NCBI GenBank assembly: GCA_030698625.1
Contig: JAUYMS010000030.1
Span: forward strand, 20,016 to 84,015
Reading direction: 5' to 3'
DNA length: 64,000 nucleotides
Source of the DNA: Candidatus Omnitrophota bacterium
GTDB lineage: Bacteria; Omnitrophota; Omnitrophia; Omnitrophales; Aquincolibacteriaceae
The notes under the pieces are model-generated. The model was not told where the DNA came from, searched no databases, and saw only the letters and a program-made list of their open reading frames with translations. The stretch's first letter is position 1. Each line of letters begins with the position of its first letter. Of the stretch, positions 48,371 to 57,547 are shown piece after piece. A program made the position numbers and the translations under genes.

Positions 48371-49546
48371 TTACAGATAGGAAGGCCTGGGAAGGTTAAA
48401 TTGCTCAAAGATTTCCGAGGCCTTGAGACTGGTATACACCCCGAGTGTGAATGTTGATCCCTGATATTCCAGGTCGGGAAAGTTCGAGTCGCTCTTTACA
48501 TAGCTGGCATTGAATCCGAGATTGATATACTCAGAGAAGGCATAAAAGATGCCGCCATAGAGCGCAGGCAAATCCTCCCACTGCGCTGAAGACGTTGTGT
48601 TGAAACGGCGCCCGTGGTAGTTGCGTCTTTGAAACTGAAAACCGGCAAATGTGTACCACTTCTCGTAACTGACGCTTGCGGTGTGAGAAGTCTTGAAGTA
48701 TTGGTAATCGTAAAAATCCTGATGTTGGTCGTTGGACTGATTGAATCCGACTTCGTTTTCAGAGACGATCCGCAAGAGCTTGAAGGGTTCGATCTTGATC
48801 TCGTGACCGATGCGGTAGATGGAGTCTTTTCGGTCATTGGGAGTATTGATCGTGCTAGTGGTTGTTCCCGGGCTGGTGATGCGGGCCTTGCGGTAAACGT
48901 AATCCTTGTATTCATAAGTAAAATTGGGACGATGCGAAATCCGACGTGTATCGAAAGGAGAGTGCTCGAGCCCGACGCGAACACGGTGGCGCCAATAGCT
49001 GGATTGTGTGGATTTCTGGAATCGCGCATACTGGATATCGTAATCCGAATCCAGCAGCAGAGATTTGTTGATTTTGTAGTCAATCTTACCGCGTATGTCA
49101 TTGCGGAATGAGTCGTTCTTAGAAAAATGCTGATGAAGGGCTGTGTTTAAACTGTAACGGATTTGATAGCGTAGGCGCTTGAACGCTATGTCTGTAAAGG
49201 TTGTGAAGAAGTTGATTTCCTGGGTCAAATCGCGCTTGTGAGCCGAATCAAGATTGGCGTTCCGGTCAAAGCTTTCGATGAATGCGAACGAGAAGCGGAT
49301 CTTATTAAGAAGACGCTCCTCCATAGCCTTCTGCTGTACCGCCTTTTCGTCGGCGAGGGCAAGCTCCCGAAAGCGGAACATGGCTTGTTCTCGCCGGTCC
49401 TGTTGGCCCACGACGCGGTCTTGTTGTTCCTGTTCCGCGGCCTCCGCGGCGAAGCCCGGCCGCGACGGCTCCAGGCAAACAACGCCTAGAGCCAGCAAGA
49501 CGATTCCGATGAACGTTTTGCGGCTAAACCCTTTCATAGATAGCAT
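48371..49546 (-). CDS. Putative outer-membrane beta-barrel protein
   Basis: Signal peptide with alternating hydrophobic, Tyr- and Asn-rich strands through to the C-terminus. No specific family recognised. Confidence 0.4.
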   Translation of the reverse strand: MLSMKGFSRKTFIGIVLLALGVVCLEPSRPGFAAEAAEQEQQDRVVGQQDRREQAMFRFRELALADEKAVQQKAMEERLLNKIRFSFAFIESFDRNANLDSAHKRDLTQEINFFTTFTDIAFKRLRYQIRYSLNTALHQHFSKNDSFRNDIRGKIDYKINKSLLLDSDYDIQYARFQKSTQSSYWRHRVRVGLEHSPFDTRRISHRPNFTYEYKDYVYRKARITSPGTTTSTINTPNDRKDSIYRIGHEIKIEPFKLLRIVSENEVGFNQSNDQHQDFYDYQYFKTSHTASVSYEKWYTFAGFQFQRRNYHGRRFNTTSSAQWEDLPALYGGIFYAFSEYINLGFNASYVKSDSNFPDLEYQGSTFTLGVYTSLKASEIFEQFNLPRPSYL

Positions 49547-49620
49547 CTAATCGTTATTATCGGCCCCAAAGCAGGCGATATGAACTTCAGCGTCGCGAGA
49601 GGCGTGGGCGTAAAAAAGAC

Positions 49621-49660
49621 TTGATGAATAGCGGTAAATGATCGATAACTGACAATAATT
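49621..49660 (+). promoter_or_regulatory. Candidate sigma70-like promoter for the pseudopilin gene
   Basis: The -35 element ttgatg and the -10 element gataac are separated by 17 nt. A Shine-Dalgarno sequence (gggaga) lies 7 nt before the ATG at 49677. Confidence 0.2.
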
Positions 49661-49676
49661 TTCGGGAGATAATAGT

Positions 49677-50135
49677 ATGAACAGAGCCAGAGGGTTTACC
49701 CTCGTAGAAATAATGATCGTAGTCGCCATCATCGGGATTTTGGCCTCCATGGCGATTCCGAATCTGCTGCGTATGCGGCTGAATGCGGTCGAATCCAAAG
49801 TGAAAGCCGATCTGCGGACGTTTAGCTCGGCGTCGGAGAGCTTTCGAACGGGCCAGAACCCTCCGCGTTATCCGGCAAGTGTTGATGAACTGATCGAGGC
49901 CGCACCGCCTTACCTGGATGAGACCTGGGATGGCGACAGCCGCAACGAGTTTGAATACACGTTTGCGGTCGATGAAGAAGGAACCGCTTATTCGATGATT
50001 GCCGTGCCTCGCGAGAATGCGGGCATCAACACCTATTGTATTGATGCCACCGGAATCCTCGTCGGATCGGTGGCTGGGGAAGGCCCGCCTACCGGCGATA
50101 CGGACGGGTGCGCGGACGGTACCGTGGTCCAGTAG
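49677..50135 (+). CDS. Type IV pilin / type II secretion pseudopilin (prepilin N-terminal methylation domain)
   Basis: GFTLVEIMIVVAIIGILA is a class III signal peptide with a conserved Glu at +5. Confidence 0.8.
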   Translation: MNRARGFTLVEIMIVVAIIGILASMAIPNLLRMRLNAVESKVKADLRTFSSASESFRTGQNPPRYPASVDELIEAAPPYLDETWDGDSRNEFEYTFAVDEEGTAYSMIAVPRENAGINTYCIDATGILVGSVAGEGPPTGDTDGCADGTVVQ

Positions 50136-50139
50136 TTCG

Positions 50140-50185
50140 GATTTCAGTAGATCCCTCCTGTAGAGAGTGTTATAATCCCGCCTCA
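50140..50185 (+). promoter_or_regulatory. Candidate extended -10 promoter (TGtTATAAT) giving a short-leader bolA transcript
   Basis: gtgttataat at 50167..50176 is about 16 nt upstream of the bolA ATG at 50192. No Shine-Dalgarno sequence lies between them. Confidence 0.3.
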
Positions 50186-50191
50186 TACGAT

Positions 50192-50425
50192 ATGATTTCT
50201 CCAGAGCAAATACAGCAAATACTAATAGAAAAAATGCCGGGCGCTCAAGTCGAAGTAAGTGACTTAACGGGCACCATGGATCATTTTGAAGCACGTGTGG
50301 TCTGGACTGAATTCAAGGGGAAGAGCCTGGTAGAACAGCATCAGCTGGTGAATCGGGCGCTTGCCGCACCCCTCGAAGACGGCCGCATTCATGCCCTCAA
50401 AATGAGGACCATCATTCCGGAATAA
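50192..50425 (+). CDS. bolA: BolA family protein
   Basis: ...GTMDHFEARVVWTEFKGKSLVEQHQLVNRALAAPLEDGRIHALKMRT matches the BolA signature (HFxVxVVSxxFxGxxxVxRHRxV...IHAL). The start is trimmed to the ATG at 50192 (the track ORF is 50108). Confidence 0.75.
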   Translation: MISPEQIQQILIEKMPGAQVEVSDLTGTMDHFEARVVWTEFKGKSLVEQHQLVNRALAAPLEDGRIHALKMRTIIPE

Positions 50426-50449
50426 TCAGATTAAAGGCGAGGTGAGCTT

Positions 50450-50770
50450 ATGTCCGCAGATGTAGAGCAGAGAATCAAATCTGAAATTACAAATAATAAA
50501 GTTGTCGTATTTATGAAGGGCACTCCCGAAGCGCCACAATGTGGTTTTTCGGCGGCAACCTGTGAGATCCTCAAGGCGTACAAGAAGCCGTTCAAAGGAA
50601 TCGACATACTCGCAGACCCCGAAGTGAGGGCAACTCTCCCTTCCATATCGAGTTGGCCGACTTTCCCTCAGGTATTTATTGGCGGTAAATTGGTGGGTGG
50701 CTGCGACATTGTCCACGAGCTCAGAGACTCAGGAGAATTAGAGAAGCTTTTAAACGAGGCATTTCAGTAG
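50450..50770 (+). CDS. grxD: Monothiol glutaredoxin (Grx4/GrxD, CGFS type)
   Basis: VVFMKGTPEAPQCGFSAATCEILK...WPTFPQVFIGGKLVGGCDIV shows the CGFS active site. It is the partner of the adjacent bolA. Confidence 0.85.
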   Translation: MSADVEQRIKSEITNNKVVVFMKGTPEAPQCGFSAATCEILKAYKKPFKGIDILADPEVRATLPSISSWPTFPQVFIGGKLVGGCDIVHELRDSGELEKLLNEAFQ

Positions 50771-50795
50771 TTTTCTATTTCTCATACTTATATAA

Positions 50796-50827
50796 GAAGG
50801 CCCCGGATTCCGGGGCCTTCTTTTTGC
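50796..50827 (+). terminator. Rho-independent terminator after grxD
   Basis: gaaggccccgg-att-ccggggccttc is a perfect GC-rich stem. It is followed by tttttg. Confidence 0.8.
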
Positions 50828-50899
50828 CCGCCAATGGTCCCGCCCCAAAGAAGTGGTATACTTACCTTGATAGGAATGTTAGCTTGAAGAAACACTCAT

Positions 50900-52021
50900 T
50901 TGGAGAATTCCGTGGACGCAAAGGCTTATCTTAGCTCCTGCCTCGGTAAGGTTCTAGAAATGAGGGGGCAGGACCTCTTTCTGAAGGTGGGGTCTGTCCC
51001 CCGGACACGTGCCATGGGCTTGGTGCGAACCATGCCGTTCGAAGTGGTCAAAGCGGAAGAAACCCAGGCCATTGCCGATGCCCTGCTGAACAATCACCAA
51101 AAGGAACTCCTCGCCAAAAACCTGAGTGTCGATTTCGCATTTTCACTCCTGACGGCCGGCCAGCGTTTCAGAGCCAATGTCTTCTACCAGATGGGAACGT
51201 TGTCGCTTGTTATTCGAACTTTGTGGAAGAGTATCCCGTCTTTTGAGGAACTGCATATTCCGGAAGTGATGCAACGAATTGCTCTGGAAAAGTCCGGCAT
51301 CATCCTGATTGCCGGAACCGTTTCATCCGGAAAGACGACGACCATCACGGCTATGTTGGATATGATGAACCAGCGAGTGGAGAGGCATATCATCACGATC
51401 GAAGATCCTGTAGAATATCTGCATGCCGACAAGAAATGTATTGTGAACCAGAGGGAAATCGGCACCGATGCGGTTGATTTTACTTCAGCGCTGAAGTATG
51501 TCGTGCGACAGTCACCCGACGTGATTGTGATCGGTGAAATGAGAGATGCGGAGACCTTCAATTTTGCCTTGTCGGCAGCTGAAGTCGGGCGATTGGTGAT
51601 TGCGACGGTGCATGCAAAATCAGTGGTGCAGATTTTCGATCGCGTTCTGGGGTTTTTCCCGGCCGATGAGCGGGATCAGGCCCTGAGCCATCTTTCATAC
51701 AATATTACATGCCTCTGTTGCCAGAAACTCTTGGTGTGTAAAGATGGGAAGTCGCTCGTGCCTGCCTTTGAGATCATGACGGGTAATTACACGACGCGGC
51801 AGCTGGTGCGTGAAAAGAGATTCGATAAAGTACCTCAGGCGATGCGAAACGCCAATAAAGACGGTATGATGACCTATGAGCAGGCCATCTATAATCTATG
51901 GGAACAAGGGTTTATCACGCCGGAAGAAGCGTTGGCGTCGAGTGAACGGCCCCAAGAGCTTGAGAACCGCATGAAAGGAATCGTGATTGACGGTGAGCGC
52001 GGAAAGATCCTGGGCTCATGA
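50900..52021 (+). CDS. pilT: Type IV pilus retraction ATPase PilT/PilU family
   Basis: GIILIAGTVSSGKTTT (Walker A), IITIEDPVEY, VNQREIG, DVIVIGEMRDAET and VIATVHAKS are closely colinear with PilT. Confidence 0.8.
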   Translation: MENSVDAKAYLSSCLGKVLEMRGQDLFLKVGSVPRTRAMGLVRTMPFEVVKAEETQAIADALLNNHQKELLAKNLSVDFAFSLLTAGQRFRANVFYQMGTLSLVIRTLWKSIPSFEELHIPEVMQRIALEKSGIILIAGTVSSGKTTTITAMLDMMNQRVERHIITIEDPVEYLHADKKCIVNQREIGTDAVDFTSALKYVVRQSPDVIVIGEMRDAETFNFALSAAEVGRLVIATVHAKSVVQIFDRVLGFFPADERDQALSHLSYNITCLCCQKLLVCKDGKSLVPAFEIMTGNYTTRQLVREKRFDKVPQAMRNANKDGMMTYEQAIYNLWEQGFITPEEALASSERPQELENRMKGIVIDGERGKILGS

Positions 52022-52878
52022 TTCTGCCGTGCGTTTTGCTTGTCCTTATCATCCCCCTCTATCTTTGGTCCCGATGGTATGAACCTCGATGCTATGAGCT
52101 TAATCGCCATACGATTCGAATGGACAAGGCTCTCGGTGCTTCTTTAAAGGTACTGCATCTTTCCGATATCCATTTTGCAGGTAAGATTCGAGCCCTGGAT
52201 CAGTTTTTTGATCGAATTGCCGCCGAAGACGTGGACCTCGTGTTTCTGACGGGGGATGTTATCGATCACGAGAAGGGCATCCCTTCGTGTGTTGAGAACT
52301 TAAAAAAACTGAAGCCTCGCATCGGGAAGTATGCCGTATTCGGCAATCACGATTACTACAACTATCGGCTTTCAGACTGTTTTAAGCATCACTTCCCGGG
52401 CCAGGGTGTTCCGGAAAGTCTCAATCCCATAGAACGTCTGGCTGAAGGCTACGCGGACGCGGGCGTACACCTTTTAAAAAATGAAACCGTGGAGATCTTA
52501 AACGGCAGAACACCGCTCTTGATCCACGGCTTGGATGACCCTACCACAGGCAAAGCGAATTTGCGCACGACGATGAAAAATTTTGACCCTGAAAAAATTA
52601 ATTTGCTGCTAACGCACACCATCGATGTCTTTCTCGATATAGGCGAAGGGGAGATTGATGTGTCATTTTCAGGTCATTCGCACGGCGGCCAAGTCCGTAT
52701 GCCCTATTACGGTGCCGTGCTGACGCATACCATGATGGGACGCGCCTATGCCGCCGGTATTATCCGTCATCAGGGAGCTACCTGCGTGGTATCACGCGGT
52801 ATGGGATCGAGTCGCTATACCCCAGTGCGTTTCCTGTGCCGTCCCGAGGCCCTGCTCATCGAGATTCACGGAAGCTAA
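52018..52878 (+). CDS. Calcineurin-like metallophosphoesterase
   Basis: The motifs are LHLSDIHF, FLTGDVIDH, FGNHDY and SGHSHGGQ. Confidence 0.75.
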   Translation: MILPCVLLVLIIPLYLWSRWYEPRCYELNRHTIRMDKALGASLKVLHLSDIHFAGKIRALDQFFDRIAAEDVDLVFLTGDVIDHEKGIPSCVENLKKLKPRIGKYAVFGNHDYYNYRLSDCFKHHFPGQGVPESLNPIERLAEGYADAGVHLLKNETVEILNGRTPLLIHGLDDPTTGKANLRTTMKNFDPEKINLLLTHTIDVFLDIGEGEIDVSFSGHSHGGQVRMPYYGAVLTHTMMGRAYAAGIIRHQGATCVVSRGMGSSRYTPVRFLCRPEALLIEIHGS

Positions 52879-52884
52879 TCTCAA

Positions 52885-53829
52885 TTGCCTGAAATCATTC
52901 CAGTCATCATCAATCCGGCCGCGGGTCGTAAAAAGAGGCTCGCCGTCTTATTGGAGCGTCTTATCCTTTTCTCCCCTGAAGTCCCTACGCTGAGTCTCTT
53001 GTCGCTCGAGCGTGTCCGCGAGCGGATAGACTCCGCGTTCTCGGAATGGGGGATGAATGTACGAATTATCCTAACGAGTGCTCCTGGGGAGGCGACCGAA
53101 ATCGCAACGCAGCTTGCCGAAAAGGGGGAGAAACTCGTAGTGGCGGTAGGCGGCGACGGCACAATCAACGAAGTCGTCAACGGCCTTGCGGGTTCGAGTG
53201 CCGCACTTGGCGTCATTCCTATGGGGACATCCAACTCCTTTGCCATTGGCTTAGGTATTCCGCTTGCGCTGGCGGGCGCGGTTGATGTGATTCGGAGGAG
53301 AAAAATCAGATCGATCGATCTAGGCAAGGTGGGCAACCGGTATTTTGCCATGGGGGTTGGAATGAGCCTGGATACATTGACGCTCGAATCCATCGAGCCG
53401 CACGGAAAAAGGTGGTTCGGCGCGGCGGCCTACCTCAAAGGCTTGTTCGTTGCTTTATTCTACGCGTTTCCCAAATTGGATATTGAAGCTGACGGCGGCC
53501 ATTCGCATAGGGGCTGTTATCATGTGGTCATCTCAAACGTCGGTTTTTACGGAGGCTTTTTTTGCGTGGCTGAGCACGCGCGTACCGATGATGGGAAATT
53601 GGATGTCTCTCTTTTTAAGAAAAAGGGCGTGTTCGATTTAATGCGCTATGTGCTGGCGGCGCGCCGGGGCAATCTGGCCAAGTGCCGGGATGTGGTGCGC
53701 TTTCAATGCCGCAGACTGCAGGTGACAAGCGCAGTACCTGTCGACGTGCATCTTGATGCTGAAATCTGCGAGACGACGCCCTGCGAAATCGAGTGCATCC
53801 GCTCTGCTGTTTCCGTTGTTGCGCCGTAG
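52885..53829 (+). CDS. Diacylglycerol kinase catalytic-domain (YegS/DgkA-like) lipid kinase
   Basis: PVIINPAAGRKK...VAVGGDGTINEVVNGL...GVIPMGTSNSFA is a DAGK_cat signature. Confidence 0.7.
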   Translation: MPEIIPVIINPAAGRKKRLAVLLERLILFSPEVPTLSLLSLERVRERIDSAFSEWGMNVRIILTSAPGEATEIATQLAEKGEKLVVAVGGDGTINEVVNGLAGSSAALGVIPMGTSNSFAIGLGIPLALAGAVDVIRRRKIRSIDLGKVGNRYFAMGVGMSLDTLTLESIEPHGKRWFGAAAYLKGLFVALFYAFPKLDIEADGGHSHRGCYHVVISNVGFYGGFFCVAEHARTDDGKLDVSLFKKKGVFDLMRYVLAARRGNLAKCRDVVRFQCRRLQVTSAVPVDVHLDAEICETTPCEIECIRSAVSVVAP

Positions 53830-53838
53830 GAAACGATA

Positions 53839-54597
53839 TTACGATTTTTTCGCAGCTTTGTTCAAACGGCGCGAGGCAGGATAGAGAACGAAGATCGTGA
53901 GTGCGAGCAGTGCGACGCTGATGACCTGATTGAGAGTCAGCGCCTGCCAATCCGGATGATCATCGATTCGCCAAAATTCGATGATGAAACGTGAGAGAGG
54001 ATAGAAGAGAAAAAAATAAAGCGTGATTTCACCGTCGTATTTCTTGCGAGGGTAGTAAAGATAGAGAAACAGAAACAATGCGAGATTAGAAGCAATTTCA
54101 TAGAGTTGTGTGGGATGAACAGGGGTTATGGATTCGGGGAACTGCAAGGCCCAGGGCAGGTCACAGGCCGTCCCGTAGCAACACCCGTTCAAAAAACAGC
54201 CGATACGGATAAAGCAGTACACGAGCAGCATGAAAGGCAGGATGAAATCGAGCGTCTTCATGACCGTCATCTGCCGCCAGCGTGCGTAGAGGATCACCGA
54301 GAGCCCGCCGAGAAATAGACTTCCGTAAAGCGTCAGACCGCCATCCCTAACTGCGAGAATGTGAAGGGGCCGGCTTAAAAACCAATCCGCATGATGCGCA
54401 ATGTAAAGGAGTCTCGCCCCTACAAATCCCGTAAAAAAGATCAGCAATGTGCCGTCGATAACTTGATGGATCTCCGGAAAACCGTCGTGTCGGGCACGCC
54501 GCAAGGCAAGGACAGAGACGACAATAACGCCTAGAATCATCATGACATAATAGGATCGGAACTCGAAATTACCGAGGCTCCACAGGATCGGTTTCAT
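53839..54597 (-). CDS. lgt: Prolipoprotein diacylglyceryl transferase Lgt
   Basis: Multi-TM protein with the GCFLNGCCYG signature and DGGLTLYG. Confidence 0.8.
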   Translation of the reverse strand: MKPILWSLGNFEFRSYYVMMILGVIVVSVLALRRARHDGFPEIHQVIDGTLLIFFTGFVGARLLYIAHHADWFLSRPLHILAVRDGGLTLYGSLFLGGLSVILYARWRQMTVMKTLDFILPFMLLVYCFIRIGCFLNGCCYGTACDLPWALQFPESITPVHPTQLYEIASNLALFLFLYLYYPRKKYDGEITLYFFLFYPLSRFIIEFWRIDDHPDWQALTLNQVISVALLALTIFVLYPASRRLNKAAKKS

Positions 54598-54603
54598 CGG
54601 GGA

Positions 54604-56070
54604 TTATTCCACCAAGACGAAGGGGGGTTGCTGCCGGATATTATCGAAGATGGTGCCGAGTTGGCCGATGTTTTGTGCGCAGAATGCCTGGCCCCCGGTT
54701 GCTGACGAAATTCTAATCAAAGTCCGGTAACCCTCGGCCATGGTAAATCGCTGACCGCGAAACGAAAAACAAGGCTCGCTTGTCGCGAAATAGACTGTGT
54801 GGAGAACGATACCGTCTCGCGCGGCAACGCGCGATTCTTGAATTGCGTGGTTGATTCCGCGAGCTCTTCCGGCCGTGTTGTCCGCACAGCGGCCGCGCCG
54901 GTCGCAATTTGCAACGCCGTCAGAGAGCAGCACGGCCGTACTGACAAGCCGTGTGTTTGTTTCTTCATCGGCCTGGTTGAGCATAAGGCGAATCCGGCGA
55001 ATGGCACCGAATATATTGGTGTATCCGGTTCTTTCTCCCACTTCGCCCAGCGGATCGTCACCGCCCGGAAAAATCTGTCCGCCGCCCGGATTGAATAAGA
55101 GCGGGTCTTGTGAATCGCTGTAACTCTGCCAGTAATTAAGGCCTTCATTGGTAAGAAAGTTCTGCAAGTCGACTTTGTTTTCGTCGGTATCGAGACTGAC
55201 CAGTTCTGTTGCGGCTGATCCGTACAGGACAAGGCCGACACGGTAATAAGCGTCAAAGAGTTGGTTTTCCAGAAGGGTGTCGCGAGTCACCTCAAAGACA
55301 TTGTAAATAGGCTGCGGCAATCCTCCCAGACAGTTGTTGGGATCATCCAATGCCTTAGGGGCGATCCGGAAATTCCGTTCCTCTGGGGCATCGTGAAACT
55401 CATCGGCCGTCGGACAATTTCCTGCAGCCAATACTGTCGGGCTGGGATTGGTGGGAACACAGGTCCGGCTGTCCGTGCAAAAATGAGGATAGCTGAAGTC
55501 ATCCATGGAACTGGATATGTCCAAGGCAATAACGATATGTCGTCTGCCGTAGCTGGCGATCGCCTGGCGCCTGAAAAGCATTTGATCAAGGCCAAAGATT
55601 CGGGCCAATTGAAATGAAAAAGGCTGGTTTCCTCCGGGACTCTGCCGCACGACGCTGCGGACGGCGTTCGTCCCGGGAGTATCAATGTTGTCAACCGTTG
55701 TAAATCCGCCGTTTTCAAAATTGTAGATACCGACGTCGACATCCTCTTCTTCGAGGATAACGCTGTTACGCAGCGTCTGCTGGCCACATGGGATGCCGAA
55801 AATATTCTCGTTTCGTTGAACCGTTGTTTGGTTCATCCGAATCGTGTTTTTCTCGGCAGTGACTCGGGCCGCGTTATAGACGGCGTCGTAGGATGCGTTT
55901 TGCATTGCCAGGCGCTTTACTCCCGCCAGCGCCGTCAGGTCCGCGGCATTCTGCATTTCCAAGGTTACAAGGTACGCGAAGCTAAGGTCCATAGCGAGAG
56001 CAGCCGCCCCGATAAGCGGTATGAGAAGCATGGCGAAGGTGGATAGAATGACCCCGCGCTCGGATGCCAT
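54604..56070 (-). CDS. TadG-like protein (TadE/TadG N-terminal domain plus VWA domain), Flp/Tad pilus-associated
   Basis: The N-terminus is MASERGVILSTFAMLLIPLIGAAALAMDLSFAYL (Tad pseudopilin-like). The VWA MIDAS is HIVIALDISSSMDD. Confidence 0.65.
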   Translation of the reverse strand: MASERGVILSTFAMLLIPLIGAAALAMDLSFAYLVTLEMQNAADLTALAGVKRLAMQNASYDAVYNAARVTAEKNTIRMNQTTVQRNENIFGIPCGQQTLRNSVILEEEDVDVGIYNFENGGFTTVDNIDTPGTNAVRSVVRQSPGGNQPFSFQLARIFGLDQMLFRRQAIASYGRRHIVIALDISSSMDDFSYPHFCTDSRTCVPTNPSPTVLAAGNCPTADEFHDAPEERNFRIAPKALDDPNNCLGGLPQPIYNVFEVTRDTLLENQLFDAYYRVGLVLYGSAATELVSLDTDENKVDLQNFLTNEGLNYWQSYSDSQDPLLFNPGGGQIFPGGDDPLGEVGERTGYTNIFGAIRRIRLMLNQADEETNTRLVSTAVLLSDGVANCDRRGRCADNTAGRARGINHAIQESRVAARDGIVLHTVYFATSEPCFSFRGQRFTMAEGYRTLIRISSATGGQAFCAQNIGQLGTIFDNIRQQPPFVLVE

Positions 56071-56832
56071 TTAGAACTCTCCCGGTTCCGGAGTCGGCGT
56101 CGGAGTCGGCGTCGGAACGGGCGTCGGTGCCGGTGTCGGAGTCGGTGTCGGAATAGGCGTCGGCACCGGCGTCGGAGTTGGTGTCGGAACGGGCGTCGGC
56201 GTCGGTGTGGGGGTCGGTTTGGGTGTGGGGGTCGGTTTGGGCGTCGGTCTCGGAACGGGTGTCGGAGTCGGCGTTGGTCTTGGAGTCGGTTCCGGAGTCG
56301 GCGTCGGCTGCGGAGTCGGCGTTGGTTCCGGAGTCGGTGTCGGTTCCGGAGTCGGCGAAGGCGTCGGTGTGGGCCTCGGCGTGGGCGTTGGTGAAGGCGG
56401 TAGCTGTGTATTGTCCGCCGGACCGATGTTGGCCGCAAAGACGGAAGCTGTTGCGCGAATGCGCAAACTACTCAAACCTGGGATAAACCCCCCGAGCGGA
56501 GAATTGAATAGAGCCGATGAGGTAACTTCAACCGGATCGGTTTCGAGATTCCCTGGGACATTGACGGAGACGATCGGACTGACGATGTTATCATAGTTTG
56601 CGAGGATATTATTGGCGACGGTTCTTCCGCGGAAGCCTATCTGATCATCCTCGGCCATGGATGCCTGGCGCGCGGCCACCTGACTGGCCCGGTACAATGT
56701 GTGCCAAGTAATTAAGGCGCGTGAAATCTCTACGATGCCTAATACCAGGAGGAGAAAGATGGGAAGGACGAGAGCCGCTTCGACAATGCTCTGTCCGCGC
56801 ATTCCTTTGCGTTGACGATACCGTAGAAACAT
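56071..56832 (-). CDS. TadE-like protein with a C-terminal Pro/Thr-rich low-complexity tail
   Basis: The N-terminus is [28 protein letters not shown] (TadE). The C-terminal roughly 110 aa are (P-T-P-x)n. Confidence 0.65.
   Translation of the reverse strand: MFLRYRQRKGMRGQSIVEAALVLPIFLLLVLGIVEISRALITWHTLYRASQVAARQASMAEDDQIGFRGRTVANNILANYDNIVSPIVSVNVPGNLETDPVEVTSSALFNSPLGGFIPGLSSLRIRATASVFAANIGPADNTQLPPSPTPTPRPTPTPSPTPEPTPTPEPTPTPQPTPTPEPTPRPTPTPTPVPRPTPKPTPTPKPTPTPTPTPVPTPTPTPVPTPIPTPTPTPAPTPVPTPTPTPTPEPGEF
56080..56400 (-). repeat. Hexanucleotide-period tandem repeat (ggcgtc / ggagtc / ggtgtc units) encoding the PT-rich tail
   Basis: Clear 6-nt periodicity over about 320 nt. It is a candidate slipped-strand variable region. 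Confidence 0.7.
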
Positions 56833-56882
56833 TCTAACTGCGACCCCTCTTCCCCGAATTGCCGGCTTTATACGTATTAAGG

Positions 56883-57368
56883 CTAAAAATTAAGGACGAA
56901 AAATTGACTCGAATCTGTTGAATATCCTACAGATTGGGAGCGTACCGCAAGGGGTAATTCATCCATACCCAGAAATCTCAAAACTTGGCCGAAAAAGAAG
57001 GGGGGCTCAAACTCAGCGCGTACCTCGAGGAAATCGTAACGAACGCCTCCGATGAACTCAAAATTCCACTCGGCGTTTACATCGGCTTCCCACCACGGAA
57101 TTCCGGAATCCGTCAAGACACGCTGCGTGCGCGTTACGGCGGCGTCTCGGGTTCTTGTTGAAAAGGCCGCATCCGTACTTTCGGTTGCGACGCGGGCGCC
57201 TTCCCGGGTGGCGGCCGAAAGACGATGTGTTGCCGATACGAGACTGGCAACATCGATTCCTGCCACCGCAATCAGCATGAATAGCGGCAAGACGAGCGCG
57301 AATTCAACCAGACTTTGGCCTCTGGAGCGCTGCTTGGATAGTCTTCTTAAAGATGCAAAGTTAAACAT
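56883..57368 (-). CDS. TadE-like pseudopilin
   Basis: [28 protein letters not shown] is the TadE N-terminal domain. Confidence 0.65.
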   Translation of the reverse strand: MFNFASLRRLSKQRSRGQSLVEFALVLPLFMLIAVAGIDVASLVSATHRLSAATREGARVATESTDAAFSTRTRDAAVTRTQRVLTDSGIPWWEADVNAEWNFEFIGGVRYDFLEVRAEFEPPFFFGQVLRFLGMDELPLAVRSQSVGYSTDSSQFFVLNF

Positions 57369-57547
57369 AAAAATCTCCTTGTTCTCACTACAGAAAGGCT
57401 AGCATATTCCTGACTATAAACAAGTGATATAAAGCATTAGATATCAATTAGCATCAATTGTTAACATTTTTGGCGCTCATTTTCATAAGGGACTAATTCC
57501 GCAGCTATTTCAACCGATACACCATAATTAGATAAGTCTCTTTAAAT

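Noticed and set aside
56080-56400. Possible CRISPR array or mini-satellite
   Set aside because: The repeat has 6-nt periodicity with no spacers and lies inside a coding frame that translates to a (PTPx)n linker. It is a coding tandem repeat, not CRISPR.
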